A stretch of 64,000 bases of DNA from the sequence record MZ501058. One strand, written 5' to 3'. A model generated the notes under the pieces. The model was given only the letters and a program-made list of their open reading frames with translations. It did no database searches and had not been told where the DNA came from. This stretch comes from Escherichia phage DaisyDussoix. The position numbers and the translations under genes are program-made. Positions 19,255 through 29,138 of this stretch are shown here, piece after piece (within the stretch, counting starts at the first letter, position 1; every line of letters starts with the position of its first letter).

Positions 19255-19794
19255 TTATACCTTAAGTTTCTGAAGAGCCTTACACATTTCAAGATCTGGA
19301 CTAAACTCCAGCATATAGCTGATAGCGTTTAAATCTTGAAGGTTTATTCCAGTCCTGCCGTTTACAATAACAGTAGGAAATTGATACATCATAGCACCAG
19401 CATCATCTAGGACACACCAATGCTTGAGCTTATATTTTTCGACAAAACGTAAAACAGAATTACCCCGAGATAAACCACCTCCAGTAAAATCTGTTGTACC
19501 AAGAAAACGATCGATCAAACCGAGTCCGGTCATAATCTGAACGTTCTCCATTTCATTTCGTACAGAAAACCATGAAGATACCCCAACAATCATTATTGGG
19601 GATGGCTTAAGAAAGTTCTGAAAAGCCTGGAGTAATGGCTTGTAAACCCAATCACCACCAAAGAATAGCTTCTCACTATCTGGAGCATGATGGTGAGAGA
19701 TGCTCGAATTGAGCACCCCATCAATATCCAGGAAAATCACAGGAGTATTACTTATTTCCACCAGTAGCATCCCACGTCCAGACTTTAACTTCAT
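19255..19794 (-). CDS. HAD-superfamily hydrolase-like protein
   Basis: motif I VIFLDIDGVLN. Confidence 0.5.
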   Translation of the reverse strand: MKLKSGRGMLLVEISNTPVIFLDIDGVLNSSISHHHAPDSEKLFFGGDWVYKPLLQAFQNFLKPSPIMIVGVSSWFSVRNEMENVQIMTGLGLIDRFLGTTDFTGGGLSRGNSVLRFVEKYKLKHWCVLDDAGAMMYQFPTVIVNGRTGINLQDLNAISYMLEFSPDLEMCKALQKLKV

Positions 19795-20029
19795 CAGTAA
19801 AAGGAACTGGAACCTTCAATTCACCTTTACCCCACATAACAGATAGGAACAGAGAATAAATGGTAATCATACCGATTAGGTTGACAAACCATACTAGACC
19901 TTTCCAGATACCCTTAAAAATCTTCTTCACCATATTCTCCCTCCTTAATAAGGAACTCTTTCCACTCTGCTGTATCCTCATAGATAACGCAGAAATCATC
20001 ACTCTTCCATGAGAAGTCATCAGTAGCAA
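19748..20029 (-). CDS. small membrane protein (likely start 19933, about 61 aa)
   Basis: AAGGAGGG RBS before internal ATG; hydrophobic segment LVWFVNLIGMITIYSLFL. Confidence 0.35.
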   Translation of the reverse strand: MLLMTSHGRVMISALSMRIQQSGKSSLLRRENMVKKIFKGIWKGLVWFVNLIGMITIYSLFLSVMWGKGELKVPVPFTDEVKVWTWDATGGNK

Positions 20030-20237
20030 ATTCGAAACGGTAGCACCAACTACCGTCTGGCCATACTAAAAGATCACACATGCTTTTCTGGGACATAAAT
20101 ATTTCCCTCCATAAAAGCTTCAACTTGATCAATAAAGTGTTTATTACCAAAAACTTCGGCAGCTCCAGCACGCCATACAGTAACACCACGTTTCTCATAC
20201 TCAAGCTGTTCGTCATAACGAACTTGTGGGTTAACAA
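19914..20237 (-). CDS. hypothetical small protein (likely start 20096, about 60 aa)
   Basis: GGAGGG RBS before internal ATG. Confidence 0.3.
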   Translation of the reverse strand: MLTHKFVMTNSLSMRNVVLLYGVLELPKFLVINTLLIKLKLLWREIFMSQKSMCDLLVWPDGSWCYRFEFATDDFSWKSDDFCVIYEDTAEWKEFLIKEGEYGEEDF

Positions 20238-20925
20238 CCATCATCTTAGTTCCACGACATACAGCAGGAAATAGCTCCCAGTTGAAGTCGATTACTTGGT
20301 TGCTACAACCTACTACAATAACCATATCATTGCTAGTAAGTGTATCAAACAGGTTAATCTGACCCATATACCACGGAGCCGTCTCACCAAAGAATGTTAC
20401 GTTTGGTTTTACCCATTCGTAATCCTCAGGGGCAATAGCAGTATACCCAACATCTTCGATGATTTGGTTGCGACCCTGACGATAGATCACCTCTTTCAAG
20501 TACCCGTGAGCGTGAATGATTTCATCACGAGGGATACCAGCACGTTCCAGAAGGTCATCAACGTTAGTAGTGAAGTTCTTCACGCTATCCGCACCATAAC
20601 GCTGGAACCATTCTGCAATTCGCAGATGGGCAATGTTAGGCTCAACAGTCTGTAATTCCTGACGACGCATGTTGTAGAACTCATGAGTCTTGAGATACAG
20701 ATCGTTACCATCTTTATCAATGCCAGGGAAACGAGCACTGAAGTAGTTAGGATCATCTTCACCACAGAAGCGACGGAAGCCAGCTTCAAAGTTAGGCAAG
20801 CTACATACTTCCTCTAGATCGTACTCATCCCACAAGGATTTCCCACTAGCAGTATCAGTACGGAAAGCACGAACACCACTATCTACACTCAAACCTGCAC
20901 CACTAACAACGATTAGTCTACGCAT
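20074..20925 (-). CDS. Sir2-like (sirtuin family) NAD-binding protein
   Basis: GAGLSVDSGVRAFR, TTNVDDLLERAG, FFGE, VVGCS sirtuin signatures. Confidence 0.7.
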   Translation of the reverse strand: MRRLIVVSGAGLSVDSGVRAFRTDTASGKSLWDEYDLEEVCSLPNFEAGFRRFCGEDDPNYFSARFPGIDKDGNDLYLKTHEFYNMRRQELQTVEPNIAHLRIAEWFQRYGADSVKNFTTNVDDLLERAGIPRDEIIHAHGYLKEVIYRQGRNQIIEDVGYTAIAPEDYEWVKPNVTFFGETAPWYMGQINLFDTLTSNDMVIVVGCSNQVIDFNWELFPAVCRGTKMMVVNPQVRYDEQLEYEKRGVTVWRAGAAEVFGNKHFIDQVEAFMEGNIYVPEKHV

Positions 20926-21203
20926 TATACGATTCCTTGCTTGAATCCTTCGATGATATTTTGGAGCAGAATTGCTTCTTCTGGGCGAACCTTCTCTTGC
21001 TTAATAAGCATATCCAAACCAGCAATACAGGTAGCTACTCCAGCATTATACCCAGCATTCCACTGCTCCATAAGCATATTTTCTAAATTACTTTTTAGAT
21101 TCTGATTCAAGAAGTCCATAAAGTTTTTCCTCCAATTCCATAATACGATTTTCGTAAGAAGCACGCAGCTTCTCGATGGACAAAGCACGAACTGTAACTT
21201 CAT
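20925..21203 (-). CDS. hypothetical small protein (likely start 21119)
   Basis: GGAGGA RBS before internal ATG. Confidence 0.4.
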   Translation of the reverse strand: MKLQFVLCPSRSCVLLTKIVLWNWRKNFMDFLNQNLKSNLENMLMEQWNAGYNAGVATCIAGLDMLIKQEKVRPEEAILLQNIIEGFKQGIV

Positions 21204-21291
21204 CTGAATTGATCGCTAGCTGAGCTAGATCTTCTGTTTCCATACGTCCGTTGTAAATTAAGCGATATTTAAGATGTTTTACGTTTTTCAT
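21088..21291 (-). CDS. hypothetical small protein
   Basis: AAGGAA RBS; 67 aa. Confidence 0.4.
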   Translation of the reverse strand: MKNVKHLKYRLIYNGRMETEDLAQLAINSDEVTVRALSIEKLRASYENRIMELEEKLYGLLESESKK

Positions 21292-21300
21292 TCTTGTTCC

Positions 21301-21582
21301 TTAGTTCTGTACTGTAAATTCATTCTTATCACAGTGAGCATAATAATACCCATACATACGATAAATTTTCACAGCCTTAGTAGACCCCTTCGATTCTTCA
21401 TAATCAATCCAGAGCCACTTGTCTTTACCTACATAATGTACCCGAAACTTCTTAACTTTCTTATCATTCCATGTTGCAACAACACGACGATAATCAAATC
21501 CGCCCAACCAATCTAGAGCCTTACGTTCTTCACTAGGCTCTCCAAGATGGGAAACATCTACTTTCGGAAGCAATTCGCTCAT
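21301..21582 (-). CDS. hypothetical protein
   Basis: ORF track 93 aa; downstream of promoter at 21606-21649. Confidence 0.45.
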   Translation of the reverse strand: MSELLPKVDVSHLGEPSEERKALDWLGGFDYRRVVATWNDKKVKKFRVHYVGKDKWLWIDYEESKGSTKAVKIYRMYGYYYAHCDKNEFTVQN

Positions 21583-21605
21583 AGCTTTCTCCTCTCAAAT
21601 TTATA

Positions 21606-21649
21606 AATCAATTATACATAAGTTTTAGCTCGAAAGCAAATAAAATAAA
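21606..21649 (-). promoter_or_regulatory. T5-type sigma70 promoter
   Basis: rc ATTTTATTTGCTT-N17-TGTATAATT. Confidence 0.55.
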
Positions 21650-21676
21650 AGCCAGGTCGACTAGCAACCTGGCTGA
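21640..21676 (-). terminator. intrinsic terminator after nrdD
   Basis: minus strand AGCCAGGU-UGCUAGUCG-ACCUGGCU + UUUAUUUUAUUUG. Confidence 0.6.
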
Positions 21677-21680
21677 TTCA

Positions 21681-23555
21681 TTATTTAGCGCGAATGTCTT
21701 GATGTTTCACTCGACCCATAACCTCATGTTGTTTACCTGGGTTAAACGGACGAGCACCTGGATTTCCAAGATATCCACAAACTCGACGAGTTACCTCAAG
21801 AGTCTCAGGATCATGATTGCCACAAATTGGGCATTTGAAACCATCCTCAGAAGCTATAGTTTCACCCAAGAACCCACATTCCCCACAAGAGTCTACTGGA
21901 GTATTAATACCGAAGTAATGAACTTTACTTGCAGCATAGTTAATAACCCATTCCAGTGCATCAGGGAATCGTTTCATATCCGGTAATTCCACATAGGAAA
22001 TGCACCCACCAGAAGCAATAGGAGTAAAGTTAGACTCATAATCAAACTTCACATTTGGAGCAACCTTACGTTCTACATCAAGGTGATGGGAATTAGTGTA
22101 ATATCCTTTAGCCAGAATATCTTCATGCTCTGGGAAATACTCACGGTCTAGGCGACAGAAGCGATCACATAGAGATTCAGATGGTGTAGCATACAGACTA
22201 TACCCTAATTGAGTCTCTTCCTTCTTCTGATCAGCACGATCACGCATGTATTGTAGCACACGTTGAACGAACTTGATACAAGACTCAGACATTGTATCTA
22301 CATCTTTACCAAACATGAGCTGCAACATTTCGTGGCAACCAATATATCCTAGAGATACAGAAGCACGCTTGTAGAAATGATCAAATACATATTCATCTGG
22401 CCCCAGACGTAATCCAAAGGCTCCTGACATATAGAGGATGGGCGCAGCTTTAGCTTGAATGTATTTTAAGCGATCAACCCTCCACTCCAATGCTTTTAAC
22501 GCGGTATCCACACGCAGCTCAAGCAGATCGAAGAATAGATCAATATTTCCTTCCGCTTCGATAGCGATTCGAGGAAGGTTTACGGAAACAACGCCTAAGT
22601 TGTTACGACCAGAAGTTTCACCATCTTCCGCAGCAGCCAGGAACGAACGACAGCCCATAGAGACTTTGTAGTCCCCCGTAACTTCTACAACCTTATCATA
22701 ACTGATGTAGTCAGGATACATACGTTCAGCAGTACATTTCATAGCTAACTTCTTGATATCATAGTTAACATCACCAGGTTTCATGTTTACGCCCTCACGC
22801 AAAACAAATACCAGTTTAGGGAAGATAGCTGTACGTTTATTGATACCCAAACCATCCATACGTACTTCTAGTATTGCTTTCTGTACAAGACGTGCTTCCC
22901 AAGAAGTTCCTAGACCAAAACCAAAGGTAATAAACGGACTTTGACCATTAGAGTTGAACATCGTATTGATTTCATACTCCAGGCCCTGACAGGCATCGTA
23001 AACTTCTTTCTCAGTCATTTCCGTAGCCATTACAGATGCTTTAGCTTCATCCTTAGTCCAACGCTTTGCAAACGCATGATTCTTATCATAAGACTTACGA
23101 ACATAAGGAGCCAATACTTCATCTAATCGGTCTACAGAAGTACCCCCATATTGATGTGAACTAACCTGAGTGATAATCTGAGCTGTGATAGCAGCCGCAG
23201 TAGTAATAGAGTTTGGTGTACTGATTTCAGCATTACCAACCTTCATACCATTCTTCAACATATCTTCCAAAGCAACCAGGCAACAGTTAGTCATACCTAA
23301 CGCAGCGTAATCAGCATCATGGAAGTGAATATCACCAATCATGTGAGCATTTCGAATCTGGATGGGCATTTCTTCCAGAATCAGATATTTACTCAATTCC
23401 CCTGCAAGCATATCCCTTTGTGTAGGGAAACGTTCTGAGGGCTTATTGGCATTATTAAACAGCAGCTCTTCATCTGCTGAACCTTCGATAATTTCTTTGC
23501 AGTTTCGAATCAAGGACTGCATTCCTTTATACTTTAGTTCTTCATTGCGATTCAT
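21681..23555 (-). CDS. nrdD: anaerobic ribonucleoside-triphosphate reductase
   Basis: 624 aa; C-terminal glycyl-radical motif RRVCGYLG; Zn-ribbon cysteines. Confidence 0.9.
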   Translation of the reverse strand: MNRNEELKYKGMQSLIRNCKEIIEGSADEELLFNNANKPSERFPTQRDMLAGELSKYLILEEMPIQIRNAHMIGDIHFHDADYAALGMTNCCLVALEDMLKNGMKVGNAEISTPNSITTAAAITAQIITQVSSHQYGGTSVDRLDEVLAPYVRKSYDKNHAFAKRWTKDEAKASVMATEMTEKEVYDACQGLEYEINTMFNSNGQSPFITFGFGLGTSWEARLVQKAILEVRMDGLGINKRTAIFPKLVFVLREGVNMKPGDVNYDIKKLAMKCTAERMYPDYISYDKVVEVTGDYKVSMGCRSFLAAAEDGETSGRNNLGVVSVNLPRIAIEAEGNIDLFFDLLELRVDTALKALEWRVDRLKYIQAKAAPILYMSGAFGLRLGPDEYVFDHFYKRASVSLGYIGCHEMLQLMFGKDVDTMSESCIKFVQRVLQYMRDRADQKKEETQLGYSLYATPSESLCDRFCRLDREYFPEHEDILAKGYYTNSHHLDVERKVAPNVKFDYESNFTPIASGGCISYVELPDMKRFPDALEWVINYAASKVHYFGINTPVDSCGECGFLGETIASEDGFKCPICGNHDPETLEVTRRVCGYLGNPGARPFNPGKQHEVMGRVKHQDIRAK

Positions 23556-23579
23556 TATACCCTCCTTCTCTAACTAAGA

Positions 23580-23618
23580 CTACTATTATAACTCATTCGA
23601 AGGCGGATGTCAACAATA
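23580..23618 (-). promoter_or_regulatory. consensus sigma70 promoter for nrdD (TTGACA-N17-TATAAT)
   Basis: rc TTGTTGACATCCGCCTTCGAATGAGTTATAATAG. Confidence 0.6.
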
Positions 23619-23653
23619 TTTTACTATAACATTCTGTAAATTGATCTGAGTCA

Positions 23654-23695
23654 AAAAATTTTATTTGCCAACCTCTATTAAAAATAGTATAATCA
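23654..23695 (+). promoter_or_regulatory. T5-type sigma70 promoter (-35 TTGCCA)
   Basis: AAAAAATTTTATTTGCCA-N17-TATAAT. Confidence 0.55.
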
Positions 23696-23793
23696 CGCGC
23701 CCGTGTACGCGATATAAAATGATTATCTAGTACCATACATCTCCCAATAAAAGCAAGCAAATTTTTTATTTAAATGCAATATCATAGGCTTAT

Positions 23794-23836
23794 TTAAAAT
23801 TGTAGTTGCTTTCTCCCGTATATATTGGTATAATAT
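23794..23836 (+). promoter_or_regulatory. T5-type sigma70 promoter
   Basis: AAAATTGTAGTTGCTT-N17-TATAAT. Confidence 0.55.
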
Positions 23837-23898
23837 ATTTGTAAGTTGATAAACAAGATCTTTTTGTTGATCCTCTGTTAGCGAAGTACACTATAGGA

Positions 23899-24660
23899 GT
23901 GTTATTTATGGGAAAAGCACGTCAAAAAAGAGAGAACCGCAATGGTTCAAGAAAGCGTGGCAACAAGTACGAGAGTAACGTAATTCAAGCAGATTTCTCT
24001 GGTGATTACGCCAATCCAGTTGCTAAATCCCTAGTTGGTAAAAACCGTGAGCAAAAATCATATATCAATATGATCAAGAACAACACAGTGACTGTGGGTA
24101 TCGGTGAACCAGGTACTGGTAAAACCTTTATCCCGTCTGTTCTTGCAGCTCAGGAACTCGTAGACATTCACTCAGATATTGAGCAAGTGATCCTCGTACG
24201 TCCTAATGAACCTCTAGGTAAGTCTCTTGGTATGCTTCCTGGTGATCTAGCGGAAAAGCTAGAGCCTTGGTTAGAGCCAATAGCTGATGGTATGAAATGG
24301 GCCATCGGCGACCATGCCTATAAGGGATATGTCGAACGTCAGAAAATTAAATTTTTGGCTGTAGAACATGCTCGTGGCAGAACTTTCAACAACTCCTATG
24401 TAATTGTCGATGAAGCTCAGAATATTTCCGTTGAGGCAATGATTTGTCTCCTAACTCGTGTAGGGCAAGACTGCCGTTTAATTATCTGCGGAGATATAGC
24501 TCAGAAAGACATTAAAGGTGACTCAGGTCTAGCACTCCTTATGGAAGTCTATGAGAAATATGAAAATGCCCCATTCTCAATGATCGAATTGATTGATAAC
24601 GTTCGTTCTATTGAGTCTAAAGCATTCTATGATATTTTTAAAGACATGGGGAAGGTGTAA
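23899..24660 (+). CDS. phoH: PhoH-like ATPase (likely start ATG 23908)
   Basis: Walker A GEPGTGKTF, Walker B VIVDEAQN. Confidence 0.8.
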   Translation: MLFMGKARQKRENRNGSRKRGNKYESNVIQADFSGDYANPVAKSLVGKNREQKSYINMIKNNTVTVGIGEPGTGKTFIPSVLAAQELVDIHSDIEQVILVRPNEPLGKSLGMLPGDLAEKLEPWLEPIADGMKWAIGDHAYKGYVERQKIKFLAVEHARGRTFNNSYVIVDEAQNISVEAMICLLTRVGQDCRLIICGDIAQKDIKGDSGLALLMEVYEKYENAPFSMIELIDNVRSIESKAFYDIFKDMGKV

Positions 24661-24661
24661 T

Positions 24662-24883
24662 ATGGGAAACGTCGTTCATCTGAGCCGTAAAACTAAAATA
24701 CATCGTACTTCACTGAGTGCTGCTAATATGATTACACGTAAGGAAGGGGAAGAAAGTCCTAAGACAACCCTAGCGTGGAAAATTGTAACCTCAAATCCAA
24801 ATAAACCATTCAATTATAACGAGCTGAGCACTTCCATAGATATTCTATTAAAAGAAGTAGCTAGAGCTAAAGTAATTGAATAA
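24662..24883 (+). CDS. hypothetical small protein
   Basis: GGAAGG RBS then ATG; ORF track frame 24593..24883. Confidence 0.4.
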   Translation: MGNVVHLSRKTKIHRTSLSAANMITRKEGEESPKTTLAWKIVTSNPNKPFNYNELSTSIDILLKEVARAKVIE

Positions 24884-24920
24884 GCTAAAAAGCTAGACTG
24901 GTAATATACGAGGCCTGGGT

Positions 24921-27356
24921 ATGAAAATACTCGGGCCTTTTCTATCAGAAAATTTTATTTGCCTAATGACCGATAATAAAGTAGAATATTCCTTAAATCC
25001 TGATAACTATAAAAAGGAAAGCCAAATGAGCCATCGCATTGAAAAAGTAATTAAACGTGACGGTACTGTAGAAGACTTTGCTCCTGAAAAACTCAATGGT
25101 TGGGCAGAGTATGGTTGCAAAACAGTTGATGTAAGCTGGTCAGCCATTACTATGGCTGCTCAAAAAACTCTACCTAAAGGGGTTGTAGATTCCGACACTC
25201 TGATGGATGCATTAATTAAGGCTGCTGAAAGTCTTATCAAAGATAATCCAGCATACGATGTGCCAGCAAAGGAATTACGTCTTGCGCAAATGCGTAAACG
25301 CCTTTATGATTCTTTCGAACCACCTTCTCTACGCTTCTTCCATGATCACATGGTTAGCGTAGGTGCATGGGAAGACATGAGTGCATGGATTACCGATGAG
25401 CAATTTGAAGCTCTGAATCAGGTTATCGACCATGATCGTGACCGTCTTTTTACTAGTGGTGGGCTGAAGCAGTTCTTTGATAAGTATTCCCGTCGTAATA
25501 TAGCCACTGGTGAAATTTACGAAACTCCGCAATTCGCCTACATGGGTATGGCAATGGCGATGTTATCTCAACCTAACTGGACAATTCTAGATGCAATCGA
25601 CCTCTACAACGCAATGTCGCTCCACAAAATCAACGTTCCTACGCCGCCACTGGTTGGCCTGCGCTCTAGTGACCGTGGATTTGCTAGTTGCTGCCTCGTG
25701 GATTCCACTGACACGTTGGATTCAATCGACACCGCCGAGCACATCGTCTTCAAAATGGTCGCAGCCAGAGCGGGAATCGGGTATCATCTTGAAAGCCGAT
25801 CAATTGCTGATCCGGTGCGAAATGGGGCATTCCCGCATTCCGGAAAACTGCCATATTATCGACACATTGACCGCTCAGTAAAGGCCAATACTCAGCAAAC
25901 TCGTGGTGGTTCTGCTACAGTGTCTTATCCATATTTCGATCCTGAAATCATTCAATTGATGCAGGTTAAGCAACAACGTGCTACAGATGAGAATAAAATC
26001 GATAAGATGGATTATTCTCTGAGCTTCAACAATCTTTTGTTAAAACGTTATCTGAAAAACGAAGATATTACGCTAATGTCATACTTCTATGCTCCAGAAG
26101 TTCATGAGGCGTTTTATAGTGATGACGAGGCTAAATTTGAAGAAATCTATGTGGCAGCGGAGAAACGTGTGGCATCTCTTACAAAGATCGACCACGAAGG
26201 AAAGACAGTTCCAGCAGCTCCTAAGGTCTCTGCAAAAGAAATCCTAGATACTTGGCTACGTATCCGAATGGAAACAGGACGTATGTATGCTCATCACATC
26301 GGGGAATCTAATCGTCACGGTAACTTCCTTGATCCGATCCGTATGACAAACCTTTGTGTTGAAATTACTCAGCCTACACGCCCGTTCCATCATATTACAG
26401 AGCTGTATAAGACAAAAGAGCAGCTTGATCAAATGAAGCCGGAGGATATTGGTGAAGTATCCCTGTGTAACTTAGGTGGTGTTGTACTTGGACGCATGGA
26501 ATCTCTGGCTGAGTGGGAAAAAACTTGCTACATCCTTCTGAAATTCGTTGATACAATTATTGAAATTCAGGATTATCCGTTCCCAACTATGGAATATACG
26601 GCTAAGAAACGTCGTAACGTTGGTATTGGCCTGATGAATGCAGCAGGTGCAATGGCAGCAGAAGGTCTGGCTTACGAAGGTATTGAAGCCCGTAACTGGA
26701 TTCACCGTGAGGCTGAAAAACTGTCTTACTTCCTGCATAAAGCCTCTGTACGCCTGGCTAAAGAACAGGGCGCATGTGAGTGGTTTGATCGTACTAAACC
26801 ATCTAAAGGAATTCTAGTAATCGATACGTACAAGAAAACTGTTGATGAACTGGTATCCGTAGGTCTAGAAATGGATTGGGAGTCTCTGCGTGCAGATATT
26901 CTGAAATACGGCATGCGTAACTCTGTTCTGACTGCTCAGATGCCAGGAGAAAGTTCTTCTGTTCTGTTAGGTGTTACTAACTCTATTGAACCGCCTCGTA
27001 AGATTGTATCTATCAAGGGTAGTGCAGTAAATAAAGTAATTGCAATTGCTCCAGGTGCAACCGATTGGGAAACGTTAATGAGCTATAAATTGGCTTATGA
27101 TGTAGATCGTATCGAGTGGATCAAATGGGTAGCAACTATGCAGAAATTCTTCAGTCAGTCTATCAGTACGAATATGTACTATGACTACACCAAGTTTGAG
27201 AATGAGATCATTCCTGGTCCAGTAGTAGTTCGTGATTTCATGACTGCTGTTAAGTATGGGTGGAAAACTTGGTATTACGCTAACTTCAATACTGCAAATG
27301 GTGGAGGTGCTGGAGAAGAAGCAGCCGGTTGTGCATCAGGCGGTTGTACTATTTAA
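24921..27356 (+). CDS. nrdA: ribonucleotide reductase class Ia large subunit (likely start ATG 25026)
   Basis: ATP-cone at N-terminus, NLCVEI active-site motif, C-terminal CASGGC. Confidence 0.9.
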   Translation: MKILGPFLSENFICLMTDNKVEYSLNPDNYKKESQMSHRIEKVIKRDGTVEDFAPEKLNGWAEYGCKTVDVSWSAITMAAQKTLPKGVVDSDTLMDALIKAAESLIKDNPAYDVPAKELRLAQMRKRLYDSFEPPSLRFFHDHMVSVGAWEDMSAWITDEQFEALNQVIDHDRDRLFTSGGLKQFFDKYSRRNIATGEIYETPQFAYMGMAMAMLSQPNWTILDAIDLYNAMSLHKINVPTPPLVGLRSSDRGFASCCLVDSTDTLDSIDTAEHIVFKMVAARAGIGYHLESRSIADPVRNGAFPHSGKLPYYRHIDRSVKANTQQTRGGSATVSYPYFDPEIIQLMQVKQQRATDENKIDKMDYSLSFNNLLLKRYLKNEDITLMSYFYAPEVHEAFYSDDEAKFEEIYVAAEKRVASLTKIDHEGKTVPAAPKVSAKEILDTWLRIRMETGRMYAHHIGESNRHGNFLDPIRMTNLCVEITQPTRPFHHITELYKTKEQLDQMKPEDIGEVSLCNLGGVVLGRMESLAEWEKTCYILLKFVDTIIEIQDYPFPTMEYTAKKRRNVGIGLMNAAGAMAAEGLAYEGIEARNWIHREAEKLSYFLHKASVRLAKEQGACEWFDRTKPSKGILVIDTYKKTVDELVSVGLEMDWESLRADILKYGMRNSVLTAQMPGESSSVLLGVTNSIEPPRKIVSIKGSAVNKVIAIAPGATDWETLMSYKLAYDVDRIEWIKWVATMQKFFSQSISTNMYYDYTKFENEIIPGPVVVRDFMTAVKYGWKTWYYANFNTANGGGAGEEAAGCASGGCTI

Positions 27357-27364
27357 TAAAAACA

Positions 27365-27392
27365 AGGAGATCTTCGGGTCTCCTTTTTCTTT
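27365..27392 (+). terminator. intrinsic terminator (UUCG tetraloop hairpin)
   Basis: AGGAGAUC-UUCG-GGUCUCCU + UUUUCUUUG. Confidence 0.65.
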
Positions 27393-27435
27393 GAAATTTT
27401 ACTTGCTAATCGCTACCAGATTTGCTATAATATTC
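27393..27435 (+). promoter_or_regulatory. T5-type sigma70 promoter
   Basis: TTTTACTTGCTA-N17-TATAAT. Confidence 0.55.
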
Positions 27436-27462
27436 CTGAAATAGTGAGAAAGAGGAAAATCA

Positions 27463-28608
27463 ATGACTACTTTACTAAACCTGAACTGGGATCATACTAA
27501 TGCTGACCTTTTCCTGGGAGATTCTCTCGGTATCGCAGATTATGTACGTGTAGCACATCCAGAACTAGAACGTCTGGCACTACTGCAACGCTCTCAATTT
27601 TGGACTGAAACTGAAATCAGTCTGGAAGCAGATAAGAAACAATGGCCTAATCTCCCACGTGAAATTCAGGAAATTACACTCCTGAACTTAGCATGGCAAA
27701 CCCAAACCGACTCCTTTATCAGTCGTGCCCCTGAAGCAGCTATTATGCCGCTTGTAAGTCGTCCAGAATTGGAAGGTATGCTCAAGCAGTGGAGCTACTT
27801 CGAAGATCTGCATAGTCGTGCTTATAGTAATATTATTCGTAATGTGCTGACTGACCCAGCAGAATTTATTGATTCTGTAACCAAAAACCAAGAAGCATTT
27901 GCACGCATCGCTGATTCTGTTGAACTGTTCGATGAACTGTACCAGTTAGGTCAGTATTTCATCGCAGTACGTGATCATCGTGGTGACAATACGTATCCAG
28001 AAACTGAGTTCCCTGAAGTTAAGCGTGAAACTCAGGCTAAACTATTAGACGCTTACTTTGCGATCTATGGCCTGGAAGCAATGCAGTTTTACGCATCCTT
28101 TGCATGTACCTTTGCATTAGCAGAGAACGATATTCTGCAAGGTATTGCTAAAAATCTGCAATTAATCGCTAAAGATGAAGCTCTGCACACTCAGATGTCC
28201 AAAGCAATCATCCATATTATGTTTCAGCAATTTGACAAAGATCTGGTAGATGAAGCAGTGGCTAAAGCACCAGCACAGCTCCTGAAAACTCTGAAAACTG
28301 AAATTGAATGGGGTCATTTCATTTTCAAAGGTCGTAGTCTGATTGGCTTGAATGCAGAACTTCTAGAAGAATATCTGTATTTTGTGGGACGTAATGCATT
28401 TATGCACATCGGTGTAGAATGGCCTAGTCATTTACCAGTAATCACCAAAAACCCTATTCCGTGGATTATGAACTGGTTGGATACTACTTCTCTACAGCCT
28501 GCTCCACAAGAAATCCAGATTGGTGCAGCCTACCGTGTAGGTCAGGTAACTGAGACCTCTACTGATACTCTGAAAGATCTGGGCAATGAATTTGGAGATT
28601 TCCTATGA
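27463..28608 (+). CDS. nrdB: ribonucleotide reductase class Ia small subunit
   Basis: ferritin-like di-iron ligand pattern (EALHT etc.); 381 aa. Confidence 0.9.
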   Translation: MTTLLNLNWDHTNADLFLGDSLGIADYVRVAHPELERLALLQRSQFWTETEISLEADKKQWPNLPREIQEITLLNLAWQTQTDSFISRAPEAAIMPLVSRPELEGMLKQWSYFEDLHSRAYSNIIRNVLTDPAEFIDSVTKNQEAFARIADSVELFDELYQLGQYFIAVRDHRGDNTYPETEFPEVKRETQAKLLDAYFAIYGLEAMQFYASFACTFALAENDILQGIAKNLQLIAKDEALHTQMSKAIIHIMFQQFDKDLVDEAVAKAPAQLLKTLKTEIEWGHFIFKGRSLIGLNAELLEEYLYFVGRNAFMHIGVEWPSHLPVITKNPIPWIMNWLDTTSLQPAPQEIQIGAAYRVGQVTETSTDTLKDLGNEFGDFL

Positions 28609-29138
28609 TTACAGCAATATATGCAGTTGGGCCGAGTGGGGAGTTCGGCCTCCGAGGTAAGCTTCCCTGGGGTTCTTTTAAAGAAGAACTAGATGCTTTT
28701 TATTCACAATTAGATGTACTAAATCCCGATAATATTATTATGGGGGCAGGTACTTATTTAGCTCTTCCATATGCCGTTAGGGAACGTATGATTGGAGCTT
28801 CTGACCTATTTATTCGTGCTGATCGTCCACTGCCAGACGATATTACACATGATATTTACACTCCCATATCAATGATAGGTGATACATTACCTACTTTTCT
28901 AAAAGATCAGCAAACAGTAGTTCTAGGTGGAGCTAATCTTCTTCTAGAAATGTACCAACATGGGCATATAGAGAGTGCTTTTGTATCTACAATCTTTAGC
29001 GAACAGAAGCTAGAGGCAGATATATATCTAGATAGTATGATACTAGATTATAACTATGAATCCACTCGATTAGTCTATGCAGTTGGCGCAAACAGTGATA
29101 ACAGCCTGCGATTTGTACAGGAATTGGTTACTTATTAA
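28605..29138 (+). CDS. frd: dihydrofolate reductase
   Basis: N-terminal MITAIYAVGPSGEFGLRGKLPW DHFR signature; overlaps nrdB stop and thyA start. Confidence 0.75.
   Translation: MITAIYAVGPSGEFGLRGKLPWGSFKEELDAFYSQLDVLNPDNIIMGAGTYLALPYAVRERMIGASDLFIRADRPLPDDITHDIYTPISMIGDTLPTFLKDQQTVVLGGANLLLEMYQHGHIESAFVSTIFSEQKLEADIYLDSMILDYNYESTRLVYAVGANSDNSLRFVQELVTY

Noticed and set aside
21681-23555. Possible group I intron in nrdD (as in T4 sunY)
   Set aside because: The reading frame is continuous over 624 aa with the glycyl-radical motif at the C-terminus; no ORF-free structured insert.
23720-23760. Minus-strand T5-type -35 (TTGCTT) near 23751-23760 as a second nrdD promoter
   Set aside because: Nearest -10-like hexamer is 22-26 bp away; the consensus TTGACA-N17-TATAAT promoter at 23580-23618 explains nrdD transcription.
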